Positions 37,824-48,039 of a stretch of DNA of 56,188 nucleotides are shown here, one piece after another; within the stretch, counting starts at the first letter, position 1, and every line of letters starts with the position of its first letter. A program made the translations under genes and the position numbers. The stretch lies in the NCBI GenBank assembly GCA_018063245.1, contig JAGPBS010000002.1, positions 1 through 56,188 on the forward strand, read 5' to 3'. The DNA comes from Alphaproteobacteria bacterium. Lineage in GTDB: Bacteria > Pseudomonadota > Alphaproteobacteria > JAGPBS01. The notes beneath the pieces are model-generated. The model did no database searches, was not told the origin of the DNA, and saw nothing but the letters and a program-made list of their open reading frames with translations.

Positions 37824-38819
37824 CTATTGTGTCTTTTGGCTTATTTTTTGTTCCCAGGCATAGGCAGATTGAATTATGGTTGGCAAATCATGATATTTGG
37901 GGGTCCATTTTAATTTTGTTCTGATCAAGTTTGACTGAGCTGTTAATGAAATACTATCTCCTTCACGGCGAGGTGCCAGTGAAAAATCAATTTTTTGATT
38001 GCTGATAGATTCTGCGACAGAGATGACTTCTTTGACTGAAAAACCTTGATTGTAACCGCAATTGAATGTGATAGATTCTTTTGTTTTTTCAAGATGTTGG
38101 TAGGCGAGGTAGTGTGCTTCTGCAAGATCAGTTACGTGGATGTAGTCTCTGACACAGGTTCCATCAGGCGTTGGGTAGTCCGATCCGTAAATATCAATTT
38201 TGGGTCTCTTTTTGGTGAGGACTTCGCAAATGACTTTGATGAGGTGGGTGGCATTTTTTGTGAGTTGGCCTGTTCGGAGATTAGGGTCAGCGCCAGCAAC
38301 ATTGAAATATCTCAGAGCACAGTAAGGAAAAGATTGGCTAAGTGATAAGTCTTTTAGGAGCCATTCAACCATAAGTTTTGAGCGACCATAAGGTGAAATG
38401 GGGCCAGTTGGTTCAGTTTCAGAAATGGGGGAATTGTGATCTGGAATACCATAAACAGCGGCTGTTGATGAAAAAATAAAATTCTGAACTTTGTGCTTAA
38501 GGCAAGATTTGATAAAAATTTCGGTATTGATAAAGTTATTTTCATAATACTTGAGAGGATTTTGCACAGATTCAGATACAACGACAGAGGCTGCAAAATG
38601 GAGAACGCCACTAATTGAGTGTTCTGAAAAAATTTTATCAACCAATTCTGTATTTTGAATATCGCCCTTATAGAAGATTGTTTCTGAGGAAAGAGCGCTT
38701 AAGTGTCCTTGACTCAGATTATCAAGCACAATCACTTTAAAGCCTTGGTCTAAAAAATAGTATTGGACATGTGATCCGATATATCCAGCGCCACCAGTTA
38801 TAAGAACTGTTTTACTCAT
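37824..38819 (-). CDS. galE: UDP-glucose 4-epimerase
   Basis: VLITGGAGYIGSH NAD motif, catalytic SPYGRSK (YxxxK), and DGTCVRDYIHVTDLA. Confidence 0.92.
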   Translation of the reverse strand: MSKTVLITGGAGYIGSHVQYYFLDQGFKVIVLDNLSQGHLSALSSETIFYKGDIQNTELVDKIFSEHSISGVLHFAASVVVSESVQNPLKYYENNFINTEIFIKSCLKHKVQNFIFSSTAAVYGIPDHNSPISETEPTGPISPYGRSKLMVEWLLKDLSLSQSFPYCALRYFNVAGADPNLRTGQLTKNATHLIKVICEVLTKKRPKIDIYGSDYPTPDGTCVRDYIHVTDLAEAHYLAYQHLEKTKESITFNCGYNQGFSVKEVISVAESISNQKIDFSLAPRREGDSISLTAQSNLIRTKLKWTPKYHDLPTIIQSAYAWEQKISQKTQ

Positions 38820-38935
38820 TTATGTCTCCTGTATGAAAAAATAGAATTATATTAGGAATTTCTTTATTCATTCTTTTATAAGATTTAGAGTTAGGATAGT
38901 ATAAAAAGATAAATGAAAAAGAAAAAGGAAAAAAA

Positions 38936-39553
38936 ATGAAGTGCTCACGAATTAGAAAACCCACGTTTCTTTTATGTTCAGTATTAGCTGTGTGTGTTTT
39001 GTTGTCAGGATGTTTTGGATCAAGACCTGAAATGACGGGACCAACATCGCCTATGTATATCATAGGGCCTGGCGATGATTTGAATATTTTTGTTTGGCAT
39101 AATCCTGATTTAACAACAACGGTTACTGTGCGTCCCGACGGGAAAGTCACAATGCCTTTGATTAATGACATGCAGGCTGCTGGAAAAACACCAACACATT
39201 TCGGAAAAGATGTTGAAAAAGTTCTCGCAAAATATGTCCAAGAGCCGATTGTGTCAGTGATTGTGACAGGTTTTGTTGGGCCATTTGATCAGCAGATTCG
39301 TGTTGTGGGTGAAGCTTTTGAGCCTAAATCAGTTCCGTTTAGAGAGCATATGACAGTTCTTGATTTGATGATTGATGTGGGTGGTCTTACAGAATATGCT
39401 GCGGGTAATAGAACAAAACTCGTCAGACGTGTTGGAAGTGAGCAAAGAGAATATACTGTTAAGTTAGACGATTTACTCAAAGATGGCGACATAGATGCAA
39501 ATGTTTATGTTTTCCCCGGTGATATATTGATTATTCCGCAATCCTATTTTTGA
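38936..39553 (+). CDS. polysaccharide export lipoprotein (Wza-like Poly_export + SLBB; PEP-CTERM-locus export subfamily)
   Basis: Lipobox LLSGC, IIGPGDDLNIFVWHNPDL Poly_export motif, and C-terminal SLBB-like DIDANVYVFPGDILIIP. Confidence 0.85.
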   Translation: MKCSRIRKPTFLLCSVLAVCVLLSGCFGSRPEMTGPTSPMYIIGPGDDLNIFVWHNPDLTTTVTVRPDGKVTMPLINDMQAAGKTPTHFGKDVEKVLAKYVQEPIVSVIVTGFVGPFDQQIRVVGEAFEPKSVPFREHMTVLDLMIDVGGLTEYAAGNRTKLVRRVGSEQREYTVKLDDLLKDGDIDANVYVFPGDILIIPQSYF

Positions 39554-39593
39554 GAATGAGTTGTTTGTGGTTTATAACATAGGGGTAGAGTAG

Positions 39594-41159
39594 ATGGATG
39601 AGATTAAAGAACAGGTTCTAAATGTTCTCACAATGATGTGGCAACGTAAATGGTGGGCTTTAGGAGGAATTTGGGCTGTTGGTATTATAGGTTGGATTAT
39701 TGTGGCATCAATTCCCAATGTTTATGAATCTAAAGCCCGTATTTACGTTGATACAGAAACATTGCTTAAGCCTCTTTTACAGGGATTATCAGCAGAAAGT
39801 GATGTGAAGTCTCAGGCATTGTTGATGCAGTCAACTTTGCTGACAAGGCCAAATATTGAACGCGTTATTAGAGATACAGATTTAAATCTGGAAATAACAG
39901 ATGACAAGTCAATGGAAACATTGGTTTTAGCTTTGATGAAAAATGTTAAGATCATGAGTAATGGTGATAACTTATTTGAGATTTCATATCGGAATGCAGA
40001 TGCAAAATTGTCTCAAAAAATTGTTCAGGCTTTTTTGAATATTTTCGTTGAAAACAATCTTGGTGATAATAGAATTGATTCGCAAAATGCAAGAGGCTTT
40101 ATTGAAGCGCAGCTGAAACAATATCAAGATAAGATTCAAGAAATTGAGAAAAAAATTGCAGATTTTAAAGGTAAAAATGCAATTTATATAGGAAATCAAA
40201 CCTATTCAACTCAATTAGATCAGACAAGAATAGATTTTCAGACAATAACAGCTGAGCTTGGGAGTTTAAAGGCAGCACTTGCAGATATGCAAGAACAAGA
40301 AAAAACATTGCCTCCTTTTGTCAATGGATCAGGGGCTGGTGATCAGAAGAGTGGTCCCAGAGGAACCCTTGCAAGTCTTGAAGATAGAATTCATCAAACG
40401 GAGGAATCTCTTGATCAGCTGATGCTTCAGTATACGCCTGAGCATCCAGATGTGGTATCAACAAACCGTATTCTCAAAAAATTAAAAGAGGAACATAAGG
40501 ATATTGTTGATAAAGTATCAAGAGGTGAAATTGATGATTCTATTATTGTAGAACAAGTTCCTAATCCTGTTATTGATGAGATTCGTAAAAAAATTGCAGA
40601 GCAACAAACAGCAATTGCAGTGAAAGAGAATGATTTGAATCGCTTAACGGGTCAGTTAGAACAATTGCAGAAGGTGTCAATTGAGGCTCCACAAGTGGAA
40701 GCGGAATATTCTGATTTGGTAAGGGACTTAGGTCTTTATGAAAAGAACTATCAAGATCTTTTAGCAAAACGTGAGTCTGTTGCGATTGGTCAAGCAGCAG
40801 TTGCGACCCAGACGAATCAATTTAGGATTATTGATCCGCCTACAGTGCCTTTAACCCCAGTTGCTCCGCTCAGATTTGCTTTATATCTGGCTGTTATTCT
40901 GGTCGCAATTGGAGGTGGTGGGCTTGTTTCTTATCTAAAAGTTGAGCTTGAGAATACTTTTGTATCTTTAGCGCAGCTTCGTGAGGAATATGCTCAGTTA
41001 GTGATTGGATCGGTGTCAATGTTGGATTTACACCATGAACAGGTCGATGAGAAAAAAATGCAAATCGTTTTTGTGGCTCTTTGTATTTTATTTCTTTTGA
41101 TTAGTTTAATTCTAAGCGCAACGGGCGCTCATTTTCCTCATGATGTTGCAAAGGGGTAG
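39594..41159 (+). CDS. polysaccharide chain-length determinant protein (Wzz/GNVR; PEP-CTERM-locus subfamily)
   Basis: N-terminal TM plus Wzz motif (IPNVYESKARIYVD), long periplasmic coiled coil, and a C-terminal TM. 521 aa. Confidence 0.85.
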   Translation: MDEIKEQVLNVLTMMWQRKWWALGGIWAVGIIGWIIVASIPNVYESKARIYVDTETLLKPLLQGLSAESDVKSQALLMQSTLLTRPNIERVIRDTDLNLEITDDKSMETLVLALMKNVKIMSNGDNLFEISYRNADAKLSQKIVQAFLNIFVENNLGDNRIDSQNARGFIEAQLKQYQDKIQEIEKKIADFKGKNAIYIGNQTYSTQLDQTRIDFQTITAELGSLKAALADMQEQEKTLPPFVNGSGAGDQKSGPRGTLASLEDRIHQTEESLDQLMLQYTPEHPDVVSTNRILKKLKEEHKDIVDKVSRGEIDDSIIVEQVPNPVIDEIRKKIAEQQTAIAVKENDLNRLTGQLEQLQKVSIEAPQVEAEYSDLVRDLGLYEKNYQDLLAKRESVAIGQAAVATQTNQFRIIDPPTVPLTPVAPLRFALYLAVILVAIGGGGLVSYLKVELENTFVSLAQLREEYAQLVIGSVSMLDLHHEQVDEKKMQIVFVALCILFLLISLILSATGAHFPHDVAKG

Positions 41160-41162
41160 TAC

Positions 41163-42284
41163 ATGTCAGATTCAGATAATAAAGATAATAAGCCAAAAGA
41201 CTTAATCAGTAAATTTGCTGAAAAACTCAACTTACAAATGGGCAAAAAGAAGCAAGAGAGTGGCATTTCAGATGATCAGTCATTGCTTGAAAAGGCAACA
41301 GAGAAATTAGGTCTGAACCTTTCGAGTAAGAAAGCGGCTTCAGTAGAGTCAAAACAAATAATAGACTCTAATGCTGAGATTGAGTTACAAAGCTCCAGCA
41401 AACAAAAAGCAACCAAGCCAAAAGCTCAAGGTGCTTCTTCTAAGATTGAGTTGAAGGATGATTTTTATACAAAGTCTCAAAAGATATTTTTGAATTTTCC
41501 GGGATTGCAAGAAGAGGGGATTATTAACCCGATGGGTGAAAGAACCGCAATTGCTGAAGAATTTCGTCTTATTAAACGACCCATTCTTTTGAAAGCTTTT
41601 GAGGCAAAGAAAGATCTTATCAGTACGAAAAATAAAGATAAGTTCAATAATTTGATTTTGGTAACAAGCTCAGTTGAAGATGAAGGCAAATCTTTCACCG
41701 CAATTAATTTGGCGATGAGTATGGCTTCTGAGAAGGATATCCATGTTTTATTTGTTGATTGTGACATGCATACAAACTACGGACATAAATCTTCAATGGA
41801 TATGCTAGGCGTTGAAAATCAGAAGGGATTGCTGGATGTATTGCTGAATCCTGAACTTGATATTTCAGATGTTCTTGTGAAAACAAACATACCAAACTTG
41901 ACATTACTTGCGATTGGTAAGCAGCGAGATGAAGCAACGGAGCTTTTAGCAAGTAAAAAAATGTCAGAACAAATTTGTGATATTGCAAAAAGGTATCCGG
42001 ACCGGATGATTATTCTTGATACGCCACCTGTTCTGGCAACGAGTGAAACGGCTGTTCTAGCGCTTTATGTTGGACAAATTATCTATGTTGTGGAGGCCCA
42101 AAAAACATCGCGTAAACTTATTCAGGAAGGCTTGAGACGTTTATCATTCTGTAATAATATAAGTATTGTTTTTAACAAAGCTCAGAAAACAGTTTCTGAT
42201 GTATTGATGAGTTCCTATCATCGCTATGCAACAAAAAAGAATACTTACTCTACCTATTCTTATGAACCAAAAAATGTACAATGA
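41163..42284 (+). CDS. exopolysaccharide tyrosine-autokinase-like P-loop protein (CpsD/CapB family; PEP-CTERM-locus subfamily)
   Basis: LILVTSSVEDEGKSFTAINLAMSMA (modified Walker A), VLFVDCDMH (Walker A') and MIILDTPPV (Walker B). Confidence 0.8.
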   Translation: MSDSDNKDNKPKDLISKFAEKLNLQMGKKKQESGISDDQSLLEKATEKLGLNLSSKKAASVESKQIIDSNAEIELQSSSKQKATKPKAQGASSKIELKDDFYTKSQKIFLNFPGLQEEGIINPMGERTAIAEEFRLIKRPILLKAFEAKKDLISTKNKDKFNNLILVTSSVEDEGKSFTAINLAMSMASEKDIHVLFVDCDMHTNYGHKSSMDMLGVENQKGLLDVLLNPELDISDVLVKTNIPNLTLLAIGKQRDEATELLASKKMSEQICDIAKRYPDRMIILDTPPVLATSETAVLALYVGQIIYVVEAQKTSRKLIQEGLRRLSFCNNISIVFNKAQKTVSDVLMSSYHRYATKKNTYSTYSYEPKNVQ

Positions 42285-43812
42285 AAAAAAAATAAGAATG
42301 AAATATCCTTTCCTGCTTCTGTCGTCTCTTGTGAGTGTTGAGTTTTTTGTGTTATCGCAAGAGGCTAATGCAAGGCTGTATATAACGCCCTCAATTGATT
42401 TTAGTGTTGCGCATACTGATAATGTGAGTAGTGCGCCCACAGGTCAGGAAAAAAGTGATACGATTTTAACAACCAATCCAAGGGTATTTATTGAAAATAA
42501 AGCCATGAGATCCGATTTTACGATCGATGTTGGCTATACTTTTGAAGAATATCTTAGAATGGATGACTTTAGTGGTAATGATGCTCAGTTGGCTTCAACA
42601 TTTTGGTTTGCAGTTGTTCCGAATTTTTTTGATATTGAGGCAAATGCTTCTTATTCACAGATTTCAAAGGGAAATCCAAGAGATAACGTTACAGCAAATA
42701 ACAGGGTGAGTCTTGATACAGGCGGGTCAGGTTCGACACCTTCTCAAAGTTCATCTATTTTCTTGTATGATATCTCGCCTATTTTTTATACTCATCACGG
42801 GGAATGGGCAGAATCAGAAAATAGATTTAAATATTCTGAGTCAAAAGAAAACCCAACTCAGAGCAAATCAAAAGATGCAGCCAATAATATTGGTGGACTT
42901 GATACAAAAACTTTTTCTTTTGACCAGAACATTGGATCAAAATCAAATCTTAGTCGCCTCAAGTCAACATTGACAAATCATTTTTCCCGCACAAGACAGG
43001 CTGGGACACCTACACGTATTGTGAAAGAATGGACGTCAGATCTTGCAAATGAAGTTATGATCCTAAGACCTTTTGCATTGACTTATAGGCCGGGATGGGA
43101 GCATCACAATGATACAAGTCAAAATGTAAGCAATTTGAATGGTTTTTACAATTATTATGGGTTTCATATTCAAGGGCGTCGTTCGGATATCTTGGTTGAA
43201 AGAGGTCGTAAATATAAGGCTGACGCTTGGAATATCAATTCACAGTACGAGTTAACGCCTTTTGTTAATTTAACCGCAACTTACACAGATCAAACAGAAA
43301 ATCAATCCCTTGAGCGATTGAATAATTTAACAAATTCAACAAATGTTGGGGCAGGTCTTTCTTTTGATCCGCTTACAGGGCAGTTTGTCAATGTGGCCAC
43401 GAATGAATTCCAGGGGCTTGGTAATAATATTCGTGCACGAGACCTTGAGCTTGGTATGGATATTTTGAAGGGGCGTAATACATATCACTTAACTGCTTCG
43501 GTTCAGAAATCAACTTCTGCAACATCAGGCACAAGCTCGAACGGGAATGAGACAATTAAAACATATCGATTAAACTATATCAGAAATGTGACTGATAAGG
43601 CAGATTTTAGTGCAGGTGGATCATATGAGAATGATGCCACAACGGGATCAGATACAAGAAAAACATGGCGGTTTGACACAGGTTATTCTTATACAGTGTC
43701 AGAAAAAGTAACAGTATCTATTGACTATTATTATGTGATTCAACGACGAAAACCAATTGCTGAAAAAATTAGAGAAAACTATGTTAGTATATCTTTAGAG
43801 AAGCAGTTTTAG
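42274..43812 (+). CDS. PEP-CTERM-locus putative outer-membrane beta-barrel protein
   Basis: Signal peptide ...MKYPFLLLSSLVSVEFFVLSQEANA, alternating beta-strand-like sequence, and C-terminal YVSISLEKQF with terminal Phe. Alternative start at 42298. Confidence 0.7.
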   Translation: MYNEKKIRMKYPFLLLSSLVSVEFFVLSQEANARLYITPSIDFSVAHTDNVSSAPTGQEKSDTILTTNPRVFIENKAMRSDFTIDVGYTFEEYLRMDDFSGNDAQLASTFWFAVVPNFFDIEANASYSQISKGNPRDNVTANNRVSLDTGGSGSTPSQSSSIFLYDISPIFYTHHGEWAESENRFKYSESKENPTQSKSKDAANNIGGLDTKTFSFDQNIGSKSNLSRLKSTLTNHFSRTRQAGTPTRIVKEWTSDLANEVMILRPFALTYRPGWEHHNDTSQNVSNLNGFYNYYGFHIQGRRSDILVERGRKYKADAWNINSQYELTPFVNLTATYTDQTENQSLERLNNLTNSTNVGAGLSFDPLTGQFVNVATNEFQGLGNNIRARDLELGMDILKGRNTYHLTASVQKSTSATSGTSSNGNETIKTYRLNYIRNVTDKADFSAGGSYENDATTGSDTRKTWRFDTGYSYTVSEKVTVSIDYYYVIQRRKPIAEKIRENYVSISLEKQF

Positions 43813-43823
43813 GGAGACAAAAA

Positions 43824-44816
43824 ATGTATAACGAATATTTCGGGTTTACAGCGCTACCCTTTCAATTAACCCCAGATCATCGTTTTTTTTATGACAGTTC
43901 TGAGCATCGGAAAGCGCTTGCTCATTTGACGTTTGGTTTGCATAATCCTGAGGGATTTGTTGTAATCACAGGGGAGGTCGGTGCGGGTAAAACAACCTTG
44001 ATTGAGCATTTATTATCAAATCTGGATGCCGATGAATTTATTGTTGGTAAAATTGTGACAACCAATCTTGATCCTGAAAATCTTTTGAAAATGATCGCTT
44101 ATTCTTTTGGGGTTGAGGATATTGGGGATGATAAGTATCTGATTTTACGACATCTTGAAGAGTTTATGCGTTCTGCTCATAGTCAAGGAAAGACGGTTTT
44201 GTTAATTGTTGATGAAGCCCAAAATCTGCCGTTTACTGCTATTGAAGAATTACGAATGCTCTCAAACTTGCAGGTAGGGCATCATGCGCCTTTACAATTT
44301 ATTTTGATGGGACAACCTCAATTAAGGACAATGCTTGCTTCTAAAGATTTAGAGCAGTTACGTCAGAGAGTCATTGCATCATATCATCTGAAGCCATTAA
44401 CGGCTGAAGAAACTGAAGGATATATTATTCATCGACTAGAGACGGTTGGATGGAAAAAAAGACCGTCATTTACCCATGATGCTTTTAAAGCAATTTATAA
44501 TGTGACAGGGGGCGTCCCTAGACGCATTAATACACTTTGTTCAAGACTTTTACTTGCTTCTTACTTAGAGGAGAATGATGAAATTTCTGAACAGGTTGTG
44601 GAGCGTATTGCGCAAGAACAAAATTCGGAATTAAGTGATGATAGTGTGCAGACCATTAAAATGAATGCAAAAGAAAAGTCATCGCCGCCAGCTAAAAAAA
44701 CAACAAAGTCAATGTCACAGTCAAAAAAATTGGCTTTAAAAGTGAATGCCATTGAAGAAACAATTAAAAACTTTGAAACTTTCTTAAAAGAACATCTTGA
44801 ACCCAAATCATCCTGA
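43824..44816 (+). CDS. ExeA/GspA-like AAA ATPase (PEP-CTERM-locus secretion ATPase subfamily)
   Basis: GFVVITGEVGAGKTTLIEHLL Walker A, LLIVDEAQNL Walker B, and GGVPRRINTLCSRLL. Confidence 0.85.
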   Translation: MYNEYFGFTALPFQLTPDHRFFYDSSEHRKALAHLTFGLHNPEGFVVITGEVGAGKTTLIEHLLSNLDADEFIVGKIVTTNLDPENLLKMIAYSFGVEDIGDDKYLILRHLEEFMRSAHSQGKTVLLIVDEAQNLPFTAIEELRMLSNLQVGHHAPLQFILMGQPQLRTMLASKDLEQLRQRVIASYHLKPLTAEETEGYIIHRLETVGWKKRPSFTHDAFKAIYNVTGGVPRRINTLCSRLLLASYLEENDEISEQVVERIAQEQNSELSDDSVQTIKMNAKEKSSPPAKKTTKSMSQSKKLALKVNAIEETIKNFETFLKEHLEPKSS

Positions 44817-44824
44817 GAGCCCAA

Positions 44825-45742
44825 ATGACCCTTTTGTTGCATGAGAGTAAGGAAAATTATGATCTCAAAATGCAAGGGCATTATCAAAAGTCATTGTTGA
44901 ATGCGATGACTGTCGATGTGGAGGAATATTTTCAAGTCTATGCGCTTAGCTCAAAAATCAACCGAGACGATTGGGCATGGATGACCAGTCGCGTTGTGGA
45001 TTCTATGCAGAGAATTTTGGATTTGTTCTCTGAGCATAATGTAAAAGCAACATTTTTTACCCTAGGCTGGGTTGGAGAAAGACATCCTGAATTAATAAAA
45101 CAGATGGTTGCAAAGGGACATGAAATTGCCTCACACAGTTATGATCATCAGCGGATTGATTCCATGGATGCAGATCAATTCAGAGAAGATGCCAGAAAAT
45201 CAAAACAGATACTTGAAGATATTTCAGGTCAAAAAGTCAAAGGGTATAGAGCGCCGACTTTTTCGATTGGTCGCAAGACGCCTTGGTTTTTCGACATTTT
45301 GGCAGAAGAAGGCTATATGTATAGTTCAAGCATTTATCCTGTTCAGCATGATTTGTACGGAATGCCAGATGGGCCAAAATCTTCTTATAGGCCAAGATTT
45401 ATAGAGACTCCATTTCTTGAGATCCCAATGACAGTGATGTCTGTTTTTGGAAAAAATCTTCCAGTAAGCGGAGGTGGTTATTTTCGTCTTATACCTTATC
45501 CGTTGTTTCGTTTTTTAACGAAACAAGCACGAGGACAAAATAAACGTCCAACTATTTTTTATTTTCATCCATGGGAGATAGATCCAAAACAACCACACAT
45601 CCATGATCTTCCGTTAAAAGCGCAGTTTAGACATTATTATAATTTAGGGATGATGGAAGAAAAGCTGAGAATGCTATGTCGTGATTTTGAATGGGATCGC
45701 ATGGATAAAGTTTTTCAGATAGGAGTGACCGATGCAAGTTAA
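44825..45742 (+). CDS. polysaccharide deacetylase (NodB homology; PEP-CTERM-locus subfamily)
   Basis: MTVDVEEYFQV and ATFFTLGWVGERHPELIKQMVAKGHEIASHSYDH. Confidence 0.85.
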   Translation: MTLLLHESKENYDLKMQGHYQKSLLNAMTVDVEEYFQVYALSSKINRDDWAWMTSRVVDSMQRILDLFSEHNVKATFFTLGWVGERHPELIKQMVAKGHEIASHSYDHQRIDSMDADQFREDARKSKQILEDISGQKVKGYRAPTFSIGRKTPWFFDILAEEGYMYSSSIYPVQHDLYGMPDGPKSSYRPRFIETPFLEIPMTVMSVFGKNLPVSGGGYFRLIPYPLFRFLTKQARGQNKRPTIFYFHPWEIDPKQPHIHDLPLKAQFRHYYNLGMMEEKLRMLCRDFEWDRMDKVFQIGVTDAS

Positions 45743-46766
45743 GCTTTTAACTCCAGATAAGCAGAAAGCATGGGATGACTTTGTAACAAATCATCCAAAA
45801 GGTACATTTTTTCATTTGTCAGCATGGCAAGATGTTATTGAAAGCGCTTTTAACCAAAAAACACATTATCTTTATGTCGAGGCTGATGGGGCCATAGAGG
45901 GAATCTTGCCTCTGACGTTTGTGGATAGTCCTTTTTTCACGAAGGCTTTGATTTCAAATGCATTTTGTGTTTATGGTGGTCCGCTGGTGAAGAGTCAAAA
46001 AGCTGCAGATCTGCTCGATCAAGAGGCGATTCGTTTGATGAATTCTCTTGGCGCCCGGTATCTTGAGTATCGGCAGAAAGAGAAAGCACATATAGATTGG
46101 GCTTGTAATGATAGTTTATATGCAACTTTTGAAAGGCCAATCTTGCCAGATGAAGAAGAAAATCTCTTGTTGATTCCGCGGAAGCAAAGAGCTGTTGTGA
46201 GAAAGGCTCTTGATGGTCGTGTTAATTTAAATTTTGTATGGCAAGATAATGTTGATCAGTTTTTTAAAATTTACTCACAAAGTGTTCGAGATCTGGGGAC
46301 GCCCGTTTTTCCAAAGACGTACTTTCAGGCTCTGAAAAAAGTGTTCCAAGAGGATTGTCAGATTTGTACAGTCTATTCAGAAGAGGGAGAGGCTTTGACT
46401 TCACTTGTGAGTTTTTATTTTCAAGAGAGTGTGTTGCCTTATTATGGTGGTGGTACTAAAGCCGCTCGCAAATATGGGGCCTATGATTATATGTACTGGA
46501 AAATTATGGATGATGCACGTATGAAGGGTTTAAAACTTTTTGATTTTGGGCGAAGTAAAGTAGGTACAGGCGCCTATGATTATAAATGTAATTGGGGGTT
46601 TGAGCCTAAGCCTTTGGTCTATGAGTATCATTTAGCTCAAGGTCAAGAATTGCCAAATATGAATCCACTCAATCCTAAATATCGATTGTTTATTGAAGGA
46701 TGGAAGCGCTTGCCATTATGTGTTGCGAATCATCTGGGTCCTATGATCGTTCGGCAAATTGGATAG
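45732..46766 (+). CDS. FemAB-family (GNAT-fold) PEP-CTERM-locus-associated protein
   Basis: 344 aa, colinear by eye with FemAB-like proteins of XrtA loci (YGGGTKAARKYGAYDYMYWKIMDDARMKGLKLFDFGRS). Overlaps the upstream gene by 11 nt. Confidence 0.75.
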   Translation: MQVKLLTPDKQKAWDDFVTNHPKGTFFHLSAWQDVIESAFNQKTHYLYVEADGAIEGILPLTFVDSPFFTKALISNAFCVYGGPLVKSQKAADLLDQEAIRLMNSLGARYLEYRQKEKAHIDWACNDSLYATFERPILPDEEENLLLIPRKQRAVVRKALDGRVNLNFVWQDNVDQFFKIYSQSVRDLGTPVFPKTYFQALKKVFQEDCQICTVYSEEGEALTSLVSFYFQESVLPYYGGGTKAARKYGAYDYMYWKIMDDARMKGLKLFDFGRSKVGTGAYDYKCNWGFEPKPLVYEYHLAQGQELPNMNPLNPKYRLFIEGWKRLPLCVANHLGPMIVRQIG

Positions 46767-46769
46767 GTG

Positions 46770-47981
46770 ATGGAAAAAGAACATCTTCTCTTTTTGGTGC
46801 ACCGTATCCCATATCCGCCAAACAAAGGGGATAAGATTCGATCTTGGCATATTTTACAGAATCTAAGTGAGGTTTATCATGTTCATGTGGGTGGATTTAT
46901 AGATCATGAGCCGGATTGGGTCTATGTGCCAACTATCGCTGCGATTACAAAGAGCCACTGTTTTTTACCTCTAAAGCCTTTACAGGCAAAGATAAGGTCA
47001 TTGAAAGCATTGATCACAGGTAAAAGTTTGACAGAATATTATTTTTTTGATGAGCGTCTTGCAGAATGGGTTGAGGAAATGCGCACAATGCACCATATCA
47101 AGAAGGTTTTTGTTTTTTCATCAGGCATGGCATCCTACATTATGAATGAGGGGTGGATAGATGCCATAAAGGTTATGGATTTTGTGGATGTTGATTCAGA
47201 TAAATGGGCGCAATATGCAATGCAAAAATCATTTCCTTTGTCTTGGATTTACAGGCGTGAAGGCAGAAAATTACAGAGTTTTGAGAAGAAAATAGCACAA
47301 TTTTGTACAGCAAGCCTTTTTGTGTCAGAGAAAGAACGCAATTTCTTTTTAAGTCAAAATCCTGATCTAAAAATGAAAACTGTAAAAGCTGTGATGAATG
47401 GTGTTGACTTGTCCTTTTGGGATTGGGAATTGTCTTTCCCATCACCTTATCCTGAAGGGAAAGAAGTTATTGTTTTTTCTGGCGCAATGGATTATTGGCC
47501 AAATATTGATGCTGTGACATGGTTTTGTCAAGATGTTATGCCTATGCTCCGTAATGTCTTGCCAAATGTGCTTTTTGCGATTGTTGGATCGAATCCAAGT
47601 CCTGATGTAAAAGCGCTGGTGAATGAGGGAAATATTTTAGTAACCGGGTCCGTTACGGACATAAGGCCTTATATCTCTCATGCGAAAGTTTCTGTTGCAC
47701 CTATGAGAGTTTCACGTGGTATACAGAATAAAGTGTTAGAGGCAATGGTTATGGGTAAGCCTGTCATTGCGACTCACTTAGCTCTTTCTGCTTTAGAGGA
47801 CCTCTCTTGTGAGGCAATGACAGCAGATGAGCCAGCGAAATTTAGAGATTCGGTCCTCAAATTGCTGAATGATGGTGCACAACAAGAAAAGATAGGAAAA
47901 AAAGCACGTTTGTTCATTCAAAAAAATTATTCATGGGATCTAAGTCATCGAGTGATTCGCGCCCTTTTTGAGAATAAATAA
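46770..47981 (+). CDS. GT4 glycosyltransferase, PEP-CTERM/EpsH1-system-associated sugar transferase (stp1-like)
   Basis: N-terminal LLFLVHRIPYPPNKGDKIRSWHIL is the hallmark of the stp1 subfamily. The C-terminus has the GT4 E-x7-E region (GIQNKVLEAMVMGKPVIAT). Confidence 0.82.
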   Translation: MEKEHLLFLVHRIPYPPNKGDKIRSWHILQNLSEVYHVHVGGFIDHEPDWVYVPTIAAITKSHCFLPLKPLQAKIRSLKALITGKSLTEYYFFDERLAEWVEEMRTMHHIKKVFVFSSGMASYIMNEGWIDAIKVMDFVDVDSDKWAQYAMQKSFPLSWIYRREGRKLQSFEKKIAQFCTASLFVSEKERNFFLSQNPDLKMKTVKAVMNGVDLSFWDWELSFPSPYPEGKEVIVFSGAMDYWPNIDAVTWFCQDVMPMLRNVLPNVLFAIVGSNPSPDVKALVNEGNILVTGSVTDIRPYISHAKVSVAPMRVSRGIQNKVLEAMVMGKPVIATHLALSALEDLSCEAMTADEPAKFRDSVLKLLNDGAQQEKIGKKARLFIQKNYSWDLSHRVIRALFENK

Positions 47982-48039
47982 TAAATTTATTTTATTTTAT
48001 TTTAAAATGTTGTATAATTATAACGTATGGAGGGATATT

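Noticed and set aside
38812-39171. 119-aa minus-strand ORF across the galE/export-gene promoter region
   Set aside because: It is antisense to the well-supported export lipoprotein gene and spans an AT-rich intergenic region.
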